The position numbers and the translations under genes are program-made. The notes beneath the pieces were generated by a model. That model was not told the DNA's origin. It did not search any database and saw only the letters and a program-made list of their open reading frames with translations. Below, piece after piece: positions 40,076 to 52,020 of a stretch of DNA of 64,000 nucleotides (its first letter is position 1; each line of letters begins with the position of its first letter). The DNA is from Camelus dromedarius (taxonomy: Eukaryota): positions 86,244,001 to 86,308,000 of the forward strand of contig NC_087436.1 in the NCBI RefSeq assembly GCF_036321535.1, read 5' to 3'.

Positions 40076-40404
40076 CTAGGGAGTCAAAGGAGGACCAGAA
40101 CTTGGACCTCACATAAAGATTACCAAGAAGATAGCTCAAAGCAGAACAGAAAGGGCAGCCTGGAAGGAGGACTGGAACACAAATAGGAAGAAGGGAAAGC
40201 AGTCAGCCCAAGGGTAGGGGGTAGAGGGGGAACAGGAAAATCAGAAGTGACTAGTGCGTTAAACCAAGCTTAGAGCAAGAATGCAGAGAGAAGCAAGCAG
40301 GCCCCAAACCAGTTCTTTCTGGAGAACCAAGTTAGGGTTTGTAGGGTCATGCCTTTGGGCTCAGAAGGGGTTTAGAATCAGAATCTTTGGAATTCAAATC
40401 TTGG

Positions 40405-40875
40405 CTCAGCTATCTATCGTTGCATAACAAACCACCCCATGTTTTAGTGGCTTAAAACAGCACCTGCGTATTTACTCACGAGTCTATCTGTGTGTTGGCA
40501 ATTTAGGCAAGGCTCAGCTGGGATGGCTCATCTCTGGCCCACATGGTGTTGGCAGTGCTCACTCTTCTGTCTGCAGTGGGTAGATTGGCTGGGAAGTGGC
40601 TGGTCCCAGATAGCCTCGCTGGCTTCACATGTCTGGTTGGACTGGAACAACTGGGATGACTGGGCCTCTTCATGAAGGCTCTCATCCCCAAGGAAGCAAG
40701 CCCGGTTTTGTTCACACGGCAGCAGTGTCCCAAAAAGGCTAGAGCAGAAGCCGCAAGCCTTCCTGAGGTCAAAGCTTAGAAGTCACTTCTGCTACATTCT
40801 CTTAGTCAAAGTTGGTCACGAGGCCACACTGGTGGGATGACCTTCAAAGACTAAGTCTTGACCAGCTGCCACACT
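40405..40875 (-). mobile_element. MLT1 (MaLR) LTR, MLT1H-like, inserted in a MIR (~40370-41050)
   Basis: tatctatcgttgcataacaaaccaccccatgttttagtggcttaaaacagc is the antisense MLT1 end. MIR text flanks both sides. Confidence 0.75.
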
Positions 40876-41170
40876 CTGTCAGGTACCAGCTCTTTAATCT
40901 GGGGCAAGTTACTAACCTTTCTGAGCCTCAATTTCCTCTTCCTTTAAAATGTAAATAGTAATACGTTTTTCATACGATTACATAAAACACATAGTTCTTG
41001 TGACTGGCATTAGTTAACACGTAATAAATGGGCACTCTTATTGTTAATACAGAGCTGAAATGTGTGTCTTCTCTCTGTACAGCCTTCTTTCCAGCTCTGC
41101 ATAACAACTACTTTTTAAATGGTTACAGCATTATATTCTCACAGGCAGGTTTGAAAAGGGGCAGAGAGAA

Positions 41171-41184
41171 GTGTGTGTGTGTGG

Positions 41185-41220
<36 letters not shown>
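41171..41220. repeat. Interrupted (TG)n microsatellite
   Basis: (GT)6, then GGA, then ~17 TG units. Confidence 0.95.
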
Positions 41221-41223
<3 letters not shown>

Positions 41224-41364
41224 AGCTGAGGACCCAAGATTGAGAAAAGAGACAGAAGGACTTTGGTGAGAAAAAACACTAGATACTTGCTGTGCATGAT
41301 TTACAGAAATTGGGGGCCAGATTGACCCTAAATTGACCCTCAAATATCATCAACTATTCAAATT

Positions 41365-41552
41365 CTTTCTACTCACTGTGTGCTCTGAAGACCAGCAGCA
41401 CCCGAGGTTGTTAGAAATGAAGAATCTTGGGCCTCAGCCCTAACCTACTGCATTAGAATCTGTACTTGAATGAAATCCTAGGAGATTCAAATACATGGCA
41501 ATGCAATACAATACAATAAACACAATAATTGCAAGTCTGAGAAGCAGTGTTG
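41365..41552. mobile_element. MER5A-like element
   Basis: gaccagcagcacc...gttagaaatgaagaatcttgggcctcagccctaacctactgcattagaatctg...aagtctgagaagcagtg. Confidence 0.75.
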
Positions 41553-43646
41553 GTAGAGGGCCACTTACCACCTCACTTGGTCTGCTGTGTCTAAACTCGG
41601 GTGCAGCTCTTTGGGAACAAACAAAATTCTTTATCTGAGTTGGACCGAATGAGAAAAGGAAGAAAGCCTTGTCAAACTTCCCTTATCTTGTGAGACAAAT
41701 TGGGTCATTTGAAGCGGAACAGTTTGGTTTGGGGCCATCCCCTTGATCCAGGCGTAGGCAGAGCCAGACAAACGCAAGGGGAACATGCAGAATTGTTTTG
41801 AATGCCACTTACCTATTTATAAGGGTCATGGCCTGGTCAAAATGGAAGAATAGAAAAACACTGAGAATAGAATCAGGTATAAATAAATTATTCTAGCCAA
41901 TAAAGTCGTGAACAAGTGGGCAGGACTTGGATTACAGATAAAGCAAGTAATGATGTATCTTGAAACTGGAAGAGACCAACACCCTTGAAAAAGTTCACCG
42001 TGTTGTTCCTCACTGTCACAGAATGAAATCGCACTTTGGCCCCAAACCTCCAGATACTATGAATACTCATTCTACTAGAGTGGTGACCTCTACTAGTTTG
42101 GGCACGGTGTGTAATTGTTTTCTTAATGGAGCATTTAATCCTGTTAAGACTTAGAGTTTTAAATAGGTGGCGAAGTAAATCAAACCCACAGGGTTAGCAT
42201 TTTCTGTGTAAGTTCAGGAAGAGATTTTTATAATCTTGAGGATGTTGTGTGTTGTTTGGTATTTCAAATATTTGTAAGGGAGGATTTAGCCTGTTAGAGA
42301 ACTGTGATCCCAATTTAAAAAGTATAATTTGTGATTTTTAGGTGAAATGTATAAACTTTAAAAACGTTTTGACTAAGGTTCTAAACCATTTTGGTTTAAG
42401 AGAACTGGAGATTATTCTAGTTACGTTTTTCTAGAGTCATGTAAGTCATTTGAGAACATTTTGCTTGTTAGAAGCATTTGAACTGCTAAAAAAGATCCAC
42501 TATATTAAACAAATAATGCAGATTAAAATTTTTAATGGAATTTAATTAATTGAGTATTTAAATGAGGCTGTTAGGAGAATTTAATTCCTGCAGCTTTAAC
42601 TGACAGAGCTTTAATCCTCTTGAAACTGATGGTTAAAATTTACTTGACTTATAAATAGAATAATAATGCTTCTACATTGAACTTTAGGTTTAAGGAAAAC
42701 TAAATTTAAAATTTCTTCCTTTGATACATTTCATATTCATTTAAAAAAAAAAAACCCAAGGTATCAGCAAATAGTCTTCATTATGCTCTGAAGCTTCCAT
42801 TAAGAACAACAAAAACTCACATTGACATAATTTAGATTGTTGTCGATATCTGGTAAGTAAAGCCAAAAGCTTTTTTTTTTTTTTTTTTTTTTTTTTTGGA
42901 AGTGTGGGACACTCCTCTTACACTAAGACTTTCAAAGCCATAACCTTCAGGCTCGCTGGTGAAATGCTCCCATATACCATCTGTAGATAACTGGCCAACG
43001 GGCTGCACAAGTAGCCTGGCGGCGGTTCCCTCGCAGTCACTGCCACCACCAACCATTCGTCTGAAGTCCCCTCGGCTTCTCTCTCAGAAACCCATGACAG
43101 TAGAGGAGGAAAGCTGGCTGATGAACTGAACGCTGACATTCTTCCACGACGTCTGCTGATCCACGCCACCAACTAGCATCCAACAGTTTGCACACTTTTC
43201 CTTCTCAACGAGCCCAGACCTCAAGTCTGTATTACAAATTGCAAATTGTTTGGAAAACTCTGTTTTGAAAGTAATGTTTGGCTTTCTGAGGAGTGTATTT
43301 CCTTCGGACGCAAGTTTGCCTCCCTGTGTGGTGATGTTAGGGAGCCAGATACCTGCGTTTAAGGATGCCTTGGGCTTCTACACACTGCCCAAAATACCTC
43401 TCTTCGTTTTTTTTTTTTTTTATTTTGTTGGCCCTTCTGAGGACTTAAAAAAGAAGAAACGATTGACCCTCAAGTCTTCCTACAGAAGTCACTCTGTCTC
43501 TGAGGGCTTGATAAATCCAGCTGGCTGAATAACAGAGGTCACCTTGCTACTGGTCTCCTGAAGTGCTGAGGTGCTCCATGTTGACAGGTCTGTCCTTTTC
43601 CTTACCTTTTGGAGCTAAAGAAAGAAGCCCATGGAAAGAGTATATG

Positions 43647-43772
43647 TTTTTTTTGGGGGGTGGGGGGGAGCAGTATTTAAGTTTATTTATTTTTAGAGGT
43701 GGTCCTGGGATTGAACCCAGGACCTTGTGCATGCTAAGCATGCGTCCTACCACTTGAGCTATACCCTCCCCC
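43647..43772 (-). mobile_element. tRNA-Ala-derived SINE (camelid Vic-1 type)
   Basis: The minus strand reads GGGGAGGGTATAGCTCAAGTGGTAGGACGCATGCTTAGCATGCACAAGGTCCTGGGTTCAATCCC. It has an A box, an AGC anticodon loop and a B box, then an AATAAATAAA linker and an A tail. Confidence 0.85.
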
Positions 43773-44324
43773 CTGAACATGTGTTTCCTTAATCGAGTAT
43801 GGTGGGTGAAAGGCAAGCTTGGAAGGCTTTTGCTTCTAAATTGATGTGCTTGGTGCAGAATTCATTGCCATGGTGGTGGCCCCCGGTGCCCCCTTCTTCC
43901 TGAAACCTTTCCTAGTTTCTCCTTGGGTATTTCCTTCCATCACACAGCACTGTGATTTGGATATAATTATTTACTTACCCCAATCCCTGAGTACCTCTGA
44001 GCAAAGCTTGTGTTTTATTCATCCTGGATTTCTCTGTGGCTTCTTCCAGAGTGCTTTGCACACTTAAAGTTCTCAAAAAAGTATTTGTGAAGTGAACAAA
44101 TGAATGAACTATGATAGCCACTAGTTACAGAAGAAATGCTTACAGAAAGGGATATGGAAGGGTGGCTTGCTCAGTCTGCTTCAAGTTCTGACCTTTTTAG
44201 CCGAGCTTTGTGGCTATGGTGTATTAGCAAGTATGTGCATGTTTTATAGGTAAGGTCTGCCTGCACTAGTGGAGAAAGAATCATGGAACCTAATCAGAGA
44301 TTATCTGGTTGATTAATAACAATA

Positions 44325-44495
44325 ATATCTATCCTTTATTAAGCATTTCCGATGTGCAAGGCATTGTGTTAAACACTATATACTTTATCTCATTAAATGA
44401 TTGAAACAACCCTAAAAAGTAGGTATTATTATTATTCCCACTTTACTGATCAAGAAAACATACTCCAAGAAGTTATATAACTTGGCCTGTGTAGC
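44325..44495 (-). mobile_element. MIR SINE
   Basis: tttattaagcatttccgatgtgcaaggcattgtg...gtaggtattattattattcccactttactgat. Confidence 0.8.
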
Positions 44496-44899
44496 AAAAA
44501 TCATCCACATTTTTTATATCTGACTTTGATCACGGCAGATTTATTTTTCCAACATGTTATTAAGCTCAAATGAAAATCATTTTATATTTTTAGAAAAATA
44601 GCTACGATTCTTCTCCTCAAAGAGCCAAACCTCTCATAGTGAGGGCATGTGATGATTCAACAATACAAGGTAAAATATGTCTGTCTGTGAGAAGAAAACG
44701 GACAAACTGCCAAGGTTCAAAAAAGGGAACCACAGCTGGAGGAATGGGGCGGGGGCTGGGAGACAGGTGCACTTGAGGGGAGCCTTGAAGGATGCAGTCC
44801 TGGTTTGGAGGTGATGGGGCAGAGGGACAGAGAGGAGCCTTTCCAGGAGAGAGGAGAGCATAAGTAAACAGGAAAACAGCTTGAAACAATGACCCGAAT

Positions 44900-46710
44900 C
44901 CTTCTGCTACTGTCTTCCCAGCCCTACCTCTTCCTTCCACAGAGGAAAGTGCTTCCCACCCTCTTGACCCTCTGACTGACTTCTCTCGACTGGTGCCCTC
45001 CCTGCAGCTCATACATAGATTCAGGTTTTCTCCATTAAAAAAAAAAATCCTTCATTAATCCTGTTTCTCCTTGTGGGTTGTTCCTTTCCTTCCTATCACA
45101 GCCATAAAAAACAAGAAAGTCTCTACCCAGAGTCTCCACACTCTCATCCTCTGTCCTCTTCACCCCAGGAAGATTCAGCATGGCTACTCCTTGTCCTGAC
45201 CCCCCCCCCACCAGCACCCCACCTTCACCCCCAAGAAAGAACACTGCTTGCTAGAGTGACCATGACTTCTTCATTGTCAGCTCCCATGGACACTTGTCCT
45301 GTCTGGTAGGTGACACTGCTGCTAACATCCTTCTTCGTGAAAACTCTGTCCTCCCCTGGCTTCTGACCACTTACTCCTCTGCTTTGCCGGCTCTTCTCTC
45401 TACGTCCGTGTTTCAAGAGTGGTGTCTTAGTCCATTCAGGCTGCTCTGACAAGAATGTCATAGACTGGGTAACTTAAATAACAAGCACTTACTTCCCACA
45501 GTTCTGGAGGCTGGGAAAGGTAAGATAAAGACACTGGCAGATCGTATGTCTGGTGAGAGCCCACTTCCTGATTCATAGACGGCTGTCTTCTCACTGTGCC
45601 CTCACATGGTGGAAGGGGCAAGAGAGCTCTCTGGGGCCTCTTCTTATAAGGGCACCAGTTTCATTCCTGAGGGCTCCACCCTCATCACCTAGTCAGTTCC
45701 CAAGGTTTCCAACTCTTAAGACCATCACACTGGGAATTAGGCTTCAGCATACGAAGTTTAAGGAGACACAAGCATTCAGTGCATTATAAGTGGTGTTCTT
45801 TCACTCTGGTTTTCAGTCTGTATTTAGTCTCACCACACATCGTCCCTGAGTGATTGTATTGAATCCAGTGGATTCAACCTCTGTCTCTATTCAGGTAAGC
45901 ACAGAATAGCTCTAAGGGTAAGTACCAAATCTATTTCCTGAGCTCCCTTTAAGTACCAGGTCATGGTGCCCGAATGCTCATACTCTCTACTGACAGAAAT
46001 CTCCAGACCAGACCCCTCCACATGCACATCCCACAGTATAGTGCAAATCAGCTCTTCCCTCACTCCCTAATCCGCCTTCTGCTGAGTTCTGCATCGTTAT
46101 CAGTGGTACCGTTCTTCACCCACATGCCCAAGGAGCCAACCTAGCTCCTCTTCCCTCTGTCCAGTGGGTGATTGGTGCCTTGTCAAAGTGTCACCCTGAA
46201 GCTCTCTGGGACCTGTCTCCTCTTCATGCTCCTGCCATGCAGCCTCAGCATGTCCTACTTGGACAATTCTGAGTCTCCTAAGTCTTCCCCTCTTCAGCCC
46301 TTTTTCCTTAAAATTCACGCTGCAGGAATAAATGACACAACTGTCACCAGTGCTACATTACTCTCCTCCGTCATTGGGAGGACAGAGTCCACGCCCCTTC
46401 ATAGGGCATTCAAGGCCCTCTGTCCTCTGGCTCCAGCCTCCTCCCCCTGCACTGCTCTGTAGCCACCCTGAGTGATAGTCCGACCCGACTTCTTGCAGCT
46501 CCCTTCTCAGGCCTCTTCTGTGCCCTTCATATGGTTCCAGAATGCCCCTGACTCCTACCCCCCCTGGAAAACTAAGACCCCCTTGGACCCAAAACGTCCC
46601 CGAGGCCCCAGGCAGAGCTGATGCTCTCCGACCGACTTGGTCTCACTCTTCTTTATGTCGAGGGTTGGCACAGAGGTGCTGGGAGACGCCAGAAGAGGAA
46701 TGAAGACTCA
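44900..46710 (+). mobile_element. Degraded L2 fragments interrupted by MLT1A
   Basis: aacactgcttgctagagtgaccatgactt (TETAL-like motif region) and gaaaactctgtcctcccctggcttctg. L2 text continues after 45793. Confidence 0.6.
45423..45788 (-). mobile_element. MLT1A/MLT1A0 solo LTR
   Basis: Begins tgtcttagtccattcaggctgct and follows the MLT1A consensus throughout. Perfect 5-bp TSD AGTGG at 45418-45422 and 45789-45793. Confidence 0.92.
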
Positions 46711-48304
46711 ACAGCCTCAAGTTTCTCCCCTCATACTTGATGCAACAAGGCACTGTGAGGAGTTTGCTTTTTTTTTTTGAATTAATTCGAAGATTCATAC
46801 TAACGGGTAGTTTTCACAGGATCTAAGACTCACTAAGACTTTTCACTCACTCTAAGACTTTTTCCTCCCGCTAGATCCCTCCCTGGGGCTTGGCATAAGG
46901 GAGGTGAGTTCACGATCCTGGGAATAAGCAGGCCATTTAGGGCCTCTGTTGTTTGCCAGCAGCCTCCCAGGGCTCTGGGCTTGAGAAGCTGGCAAACCCA
47001 TCCCCCCATCCCCCCACCCCAGCATTAGAAAATGACGAGAAGCAAAGTATTGACTCTCTTTGAAATGTCACTTCTGGAGGTGATCCGGCTCCTTGCAAAG
47101 AGCTCGCTATGGTTGTACTATGTCACTAATGACTGCAGCCTTCCGGAGGATTGAACTGTTATCGATCTTTCATTTTTAAGAACGCCTTTGATTTGCAACA
47201 CGGAAGAGTGAATTTACAACACTCCAGAAACCAAATAAAAGATTAGAGCAATTAAATGAAAACCACCACCAATTACTTTAATCGAGACTAAAAACTGCAA
47301 AGTGGTTACTAATACTGATCATAATTACAATGACATTAAGGCGCCTTTTTGGGTTGTTTTTGTTTCTTTGTAAATGGAATTTAAGTAACATACCCTACGA
47401 GGATGATAAATCGAACTGCATGACTACCAGGTGCAAGAATTCTATTTGTGTGGCATGAACGGGGCTGCTAATCCCTCCCTCGTTCTTTTCTGTTTGGCAG
47501 CTAAACATTTCCTGGTGCGCCCTGTAATAACAGGCAGCTGTCCTGTCAGCTCCACTGAAAAATGAGATAATAAGGCAGGCAAATGATGTCCTTTATGTCC
47601 CGAATCCAACACTTCCTGCCGTTTTCTTCTCAAATGCTTTAAGTAACAAGGATCTGTGCAATTTTCACACTGTTTCTTCCTCTAAAATAGTTTGTCCAAA
47701 TTCTTGGTGAATGTCACTTCCCTTGGGGACACTTGGTGGAAAAAGAGGCAGCCTGCTTCATTGCACTAGGACAGAAGGCTTCCAAAAAGCCTCTGAATGG
47801 AGTTTGTGAATGAAAATCCCCCTCAAAAAGCTACTGAGGTGATGGGAGCTGTAGCTCGTGTCTGCAGGGACTGGGTGGCTCCCCTAAGGACAATGGCTGT
47901 GGGCCTTTCTGTTGAGCCACAGAGACAACCGGCCTTTTCAGAGGCTGCAGCAGGAGCAACAATATCCTGCCACTCTTGAGGAAGGCTGCCCAGTGGCCCC
48001 TGGGCTGGGAAAATTGTGGCCAGGTAGGTGTCTGCCTAATACCTCACCCGGGGAGTGCAGGCAGTGTAGAATGTGTGAGCTTTGAGGCATCCTGGAGATC
48101 ATCTGTGTCTCTCCCACATTTTACCAGAAAGTAAGTTAAGGCTCGATGCCAAAGGGCAAAGTTGGAACTTGAACCCCAGGCATCCTTCTGGCCAGGCCGG
48201 TGGTGGTGCCTTTTCCTAAAATAAAGTCGTGTTTCTCGGCATTCTTTATAATCCACACTGACCCAAGACCCATAACAGTTGACTCCTCCTATTTAAATTC
48301 TGTT

Positions 48305-48432
48305 CATACTATTCAGCCATAAAAAGAGGATGAAATAATGCCATTTGCAGCAACATGGATGGACCTTTAGGTCACCATACTAAGTGAAGTCAGCTGGCTT
48401 ACTCACAGAGAAAAAAAAAATCATAAAATATC
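48305..48432 (+). mobile_element. Short L1 fragment (end of ORF2)
   Basis: tactattcagccataaaaagaggatgaaataatgccatttgcagcaacatggatggacct. Confidence 0.85.
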
Positions 48433-49104
48433 CCTTTTTTTTTTCTTAATTTAAGAGAAAAGCAGCTCATCACATATAAGAATCTGTAAACTCTTAGCCT
48501 GAGAGAAAAAAAATCTGCTTGTATCTGTCAATTTATTCCAACTATACAGACTCTGTTTTCCCCTGGAAGAGAGATCCCACTTCCATGACAAAGTTAGATT
48601 GTTTTTTCCTGCCCTTTACTGAAATTAGCCTTAACACAGCCGCAGGACAGGGATGCCCTGGGGGCTGGGAACACTGTGCCTGCTGTTTGCCCACAGGCCG
48701 GGGACGCCTGTGCAGCCACCTGGGCTCAGAGGCGAGGCCTCAGGGCGGCCGGCACTGACGTGGAGCAGGCTTTGTCTCTGAAAGGCCCCAGGAGGCGTTC
48801 AAGCTGGGCTGGAGCAGCTCCCCCCGGGAGGAGCCCTGGGGCAGGGGGCGGGGTTGGGGGTTGGGGGGTGGGGTGGACGGACTCAAGAACCAGCTGAAGG
48901 AGTTCACTTTCCAGACCAGACTTTTGCTCCCTCCCCTATCACTGAGGGCAGGTCTAAGCACACTGAGAGGCCCTGCGGTTTGTTTGCACTGCTGACTCAC
49001 CGTCCTGAGGGAATAAGCACCCCATTTATTCACCCAAAAGTTCCTCTCTCCCGTCTCCTCCCCTCTTCAAGTGTTTTTTTTTCTCCCTTCCATTCCTAGA
49101 AGAA

Positions 49105-49345
49105 TGATATAACTGATATTTATTGAGCTCTTACTATGTGCTCAAGCACCGTGTGTTCGATTGCTTTACTAGTGTTAACACACTGAATACTCATAACACC
49201 ACCACAAGGTACTTCTGCGATTGTATCATTTTACAGATGAGCAGGCTGAGGCTCCGAGACGTTGAATGACGTGGGTGAGGTCACACCACTGGTAAGTGAA
49301 AGAAACTGGGGCTCAGATCCAGAAAGTCTGGCTTCAAATTTTCTT
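49105..49345 (-). mobile_element. MIR SINE
   Basis: atttattgagctcttactatgtgc...cattttacagatgagcaggctgaggctccgagacg...gaggtcacaccactggtaagt. Confidence 0.85.
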
Positions 49346-49396
49346 CCTATATCCCCTCTAAGAGAAGATGATGGGTTCATCTCAAATTTTCTAGAA

Positions 49397-49605
49397 ATGT
49401 GCTGGTCAATACAGTAGCCACCAGCCACATGAAGCTATTTAATTTAGCATCTAAATAATTCAAGTTAAGGGAATTAAACATTCATTTCCTCACTAGCACT
49501 AGTCCTATTTCAAGAGTACTAAGCTAGTGGCTAGTGGCTACCATATTGGAAAGAGCAGATACGGAGTATTTCCAGCACAACAGAAACAGCAAATAGACCG
49601 CACTG
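49397..49605 (-). mobile_element. MER3 hAT-Charlie element
   Basis: caatacagtagccaccagccacat...gtggctagtggctaccatattgga. Flanked by an 8-bp TSD-like pair, ttctagaa / ccctagaa. Confidence 0.85.
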
Positions 49606-49803
49606 CCCTAGAAAATCCCTGACCTCTTGTACTTTTATTCTGTTTGATAAAGACCAGGACAATAACACAAACAAAGGTGATCTGTTAAATGTATATTAAG
49701 TAAAATTTAACTTTTGAAGGTTTTTCATGTAATATTAATAGGATGGAAAAAAGTTGGTCCTGGAAAGAGGTTTCTAATGCAGTGAATGGAAAAAAATCAA
49801 ATA

Positions 49804-50198
49804 CAGGTTTCCCCCACTGTTTGAAAGCAGAGATTCCTATGAAACCTTTCCTAAGGTAAAACGGCATAAGGACACTTTTTGCTAACAGAGGCACAAAATA
49901 AATCGCGATAAAGCCCTGATGCTCACACAGTTCCAAGCTCTGGCGGCTGGACCCCGAGATGCTGGGGGTAGATCTGGGGAAGGAGCCTGGCGGCGCCGCG
50001 CTCTCTGCTCGGTGTAGGGGCGTCTGTAACCGTTGCTGCGAAACCAGCGCTGACTGCAGCTATTTGTGCTTTTCACCTTTTTTCGAGAAAGTGAAAATCC
50101 TCCTTGGATTTCTTTCAGTTATGGAAAATAGGTACTAATGTAGGTCTTTGGTAAAAGACCTGTGGCATAAACAGAACTCAAAAGCGGGGGGATACCTG
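49804..50198. mobile_element. TcMar-Tigger non-autonomous element (Tigger6-like)
   Basis: Terminal inverted repeats caggtttcccccactgtttga and (reverse complement) caggtatccccccgcttttga. TA duplications at 49802-49803 and 50199-50200. Confidence 0.8.
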
Positions 50199-51131
50199 TA
50201 CTACCGAACTGTGTAAAGAGGAATGCATTTTTCTTAAAAACAACACACTTGTACACACACACGTGCACACATAGAGAAACATCTGGAAGGACGCTGCACA
50301 CACTCCTAACCGTGGCTACCCTTCCTGCAAAGTAGATGAGGGACAATGGTGTGCGCAGGGAGAGAGTTCCTCTTAAAAACATATTTTATGACATTTAGGA
50401 CTTGCTTTGATAACAGACAAAATTTCTAGAAAAATTAAATTGATTGGAAAAGTGATAGAAATGTGCTTTGTAAAATATTTTGCTTCAGTGTTTGCATAAT
50501 ATGATTTCCATAAGCACAATTTAAAAAGTGCTATCCCGACCCTAGGGATATTGCATTTTTTAAGAGAAGACAAATTCTGTTAAAGACAGAAACTGTGAGG
50601 GAAGGACTTGAGGTTGGCAGGAGGCTGAGCAGGACCAAGGAGAAAACAGGGTCCCTTCCTCACACGTGGGCCCCACTGCACGGACCTCTGCTCTGTTCTC
50701 TATGGTCCAGTTGCACCTGGACTCCCTGCAACCATCCAGACATCCGCAGTCAAGAGACATCAGAGGCGCCTGCAGCCTGTCCTGGATGTGCCAGGAGCAG
50801 AGGGCGGGGGAGGGCAAGAGCAAATTGGGGAACAGGCAACACGGAGGCCTGTGAGTGGGAAGAAGGCCCCCGGCTGGTGCTTCAGATCCAGCAACACAGA
50901 GTTTGCGACGCTGACCCGGGACCTGTGCTGTCCTTGTGCCCCCTGCTCTCACCTACTTTGGGACCCTTTTCCCTCTCCTGCCAGAGCCAATCAGAAGGAA
51001 GCTGCGGGGGGCGGGGGGGCAGGAATTGTCCTCACCTGCTCAGCCGAGCACCTGGCTTCACCTCCCCTCCACCCAGCCTCCCACACTCTCTCCAGGCTCT
51101 TCTCTTTTCCAGAATAAACCCCAACCTCGAG

Positions 51132-51154
51132 ATACACGCACGCACGTGCGCGCG

Positions 51155-51212
<58 letters not shown>
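51132..51212. repeat. Alternating purine-pyrimidine tract with (CG)7 and a long (CA)n
   Basis: 81 bp of uninterrupted RY alternation; (CG)7 at 51149-51162. Confidence 0.95.
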
Positions 51213-52020
51213 AACACAAACACAGAGCACATTTTAATACCTGCTAAAAAAATATTTGCAAAAGCCATTTAAAAAGAAAAGAAGGAAGGAAACTGAATGG
51301 TGATAAATCTTCCCGAGTGGACACCTGTTGGCTCTGGGGTCACACACAAGCGTGGCCGCCCTCCTGGTGCGCCCGTTGCTTTATAGCTGTGCTGGCTCCC
51401 CCGTGTCCCTGTGGAGCAGCAGCTGGGTTTTTTGGTGAGTCACAGCAACAGGCCAAACGATACTTCTCTGACAGGCTCCTGAGAGAGAGGAGGCGTCACA
51501 GGAGCAGGCCGGTGGGCATCGGGGGAGAGAGAAGCCCTGCTGCGGCCGGGCCGAGGGCCCAGGCAAGCCTGTTGAGTGCGGACGGCAGGCTCGAGCTGGT
51601 GGAGTCCTGATGGCTCCCTGGTGGCAGAGGAAGCGGTCCCTCTTCTCTCCCCAGCAGCGTGGGCAGACTGCCCAAGCCGTCGGCTGAGGCGAAGACCAAA
51701 GGGCAGTCACTTGCACGTCTTTTCAACATGGAGCACATTTGTGGTTTACAGCTTCTGCCGAGGGATTGAAAGGTCTGCGGTTCAAACTCGCAGTGTCTCC
51801 AGGGAGAAGAAAAGGACTCTTGTTAAGAAAACATTTCTAGCAGCTCATCTCAGAGGATGCATTTGTGAGGCCCCAACTCTCGACCCCTTTGTGAGAAAGC
51901 GTGTCAGTAAGTAGAAAAGCGGAAGGCGTTTGACCCCAGTCCTCGGTTACAAATTCCTCCTTGGACCAGGCCACACGCCCGGCCTGCGAGGGCCCCGAGG
52001 GAGGCCGGGCGGCCAGGCCT

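Noticed and set aside
43700..43772. Possible tRNA-Ala(AGC) gene; the same applies to 53507-53580
   Set aside because: The acceptor stem cannot pair properly, and an A-rich SINE tail follows instead of a T-run terminator.
50595..51272. 225-aa ORF and the overlapping ORFs at 50.5-52.2 kb
   Set aside because: GC-rich DNA and dinucleotide repeats (HTHTHT, CVCVCV) are poor in stop codons. The longest ORF has a non-ATG start, and none has recognisable homology.
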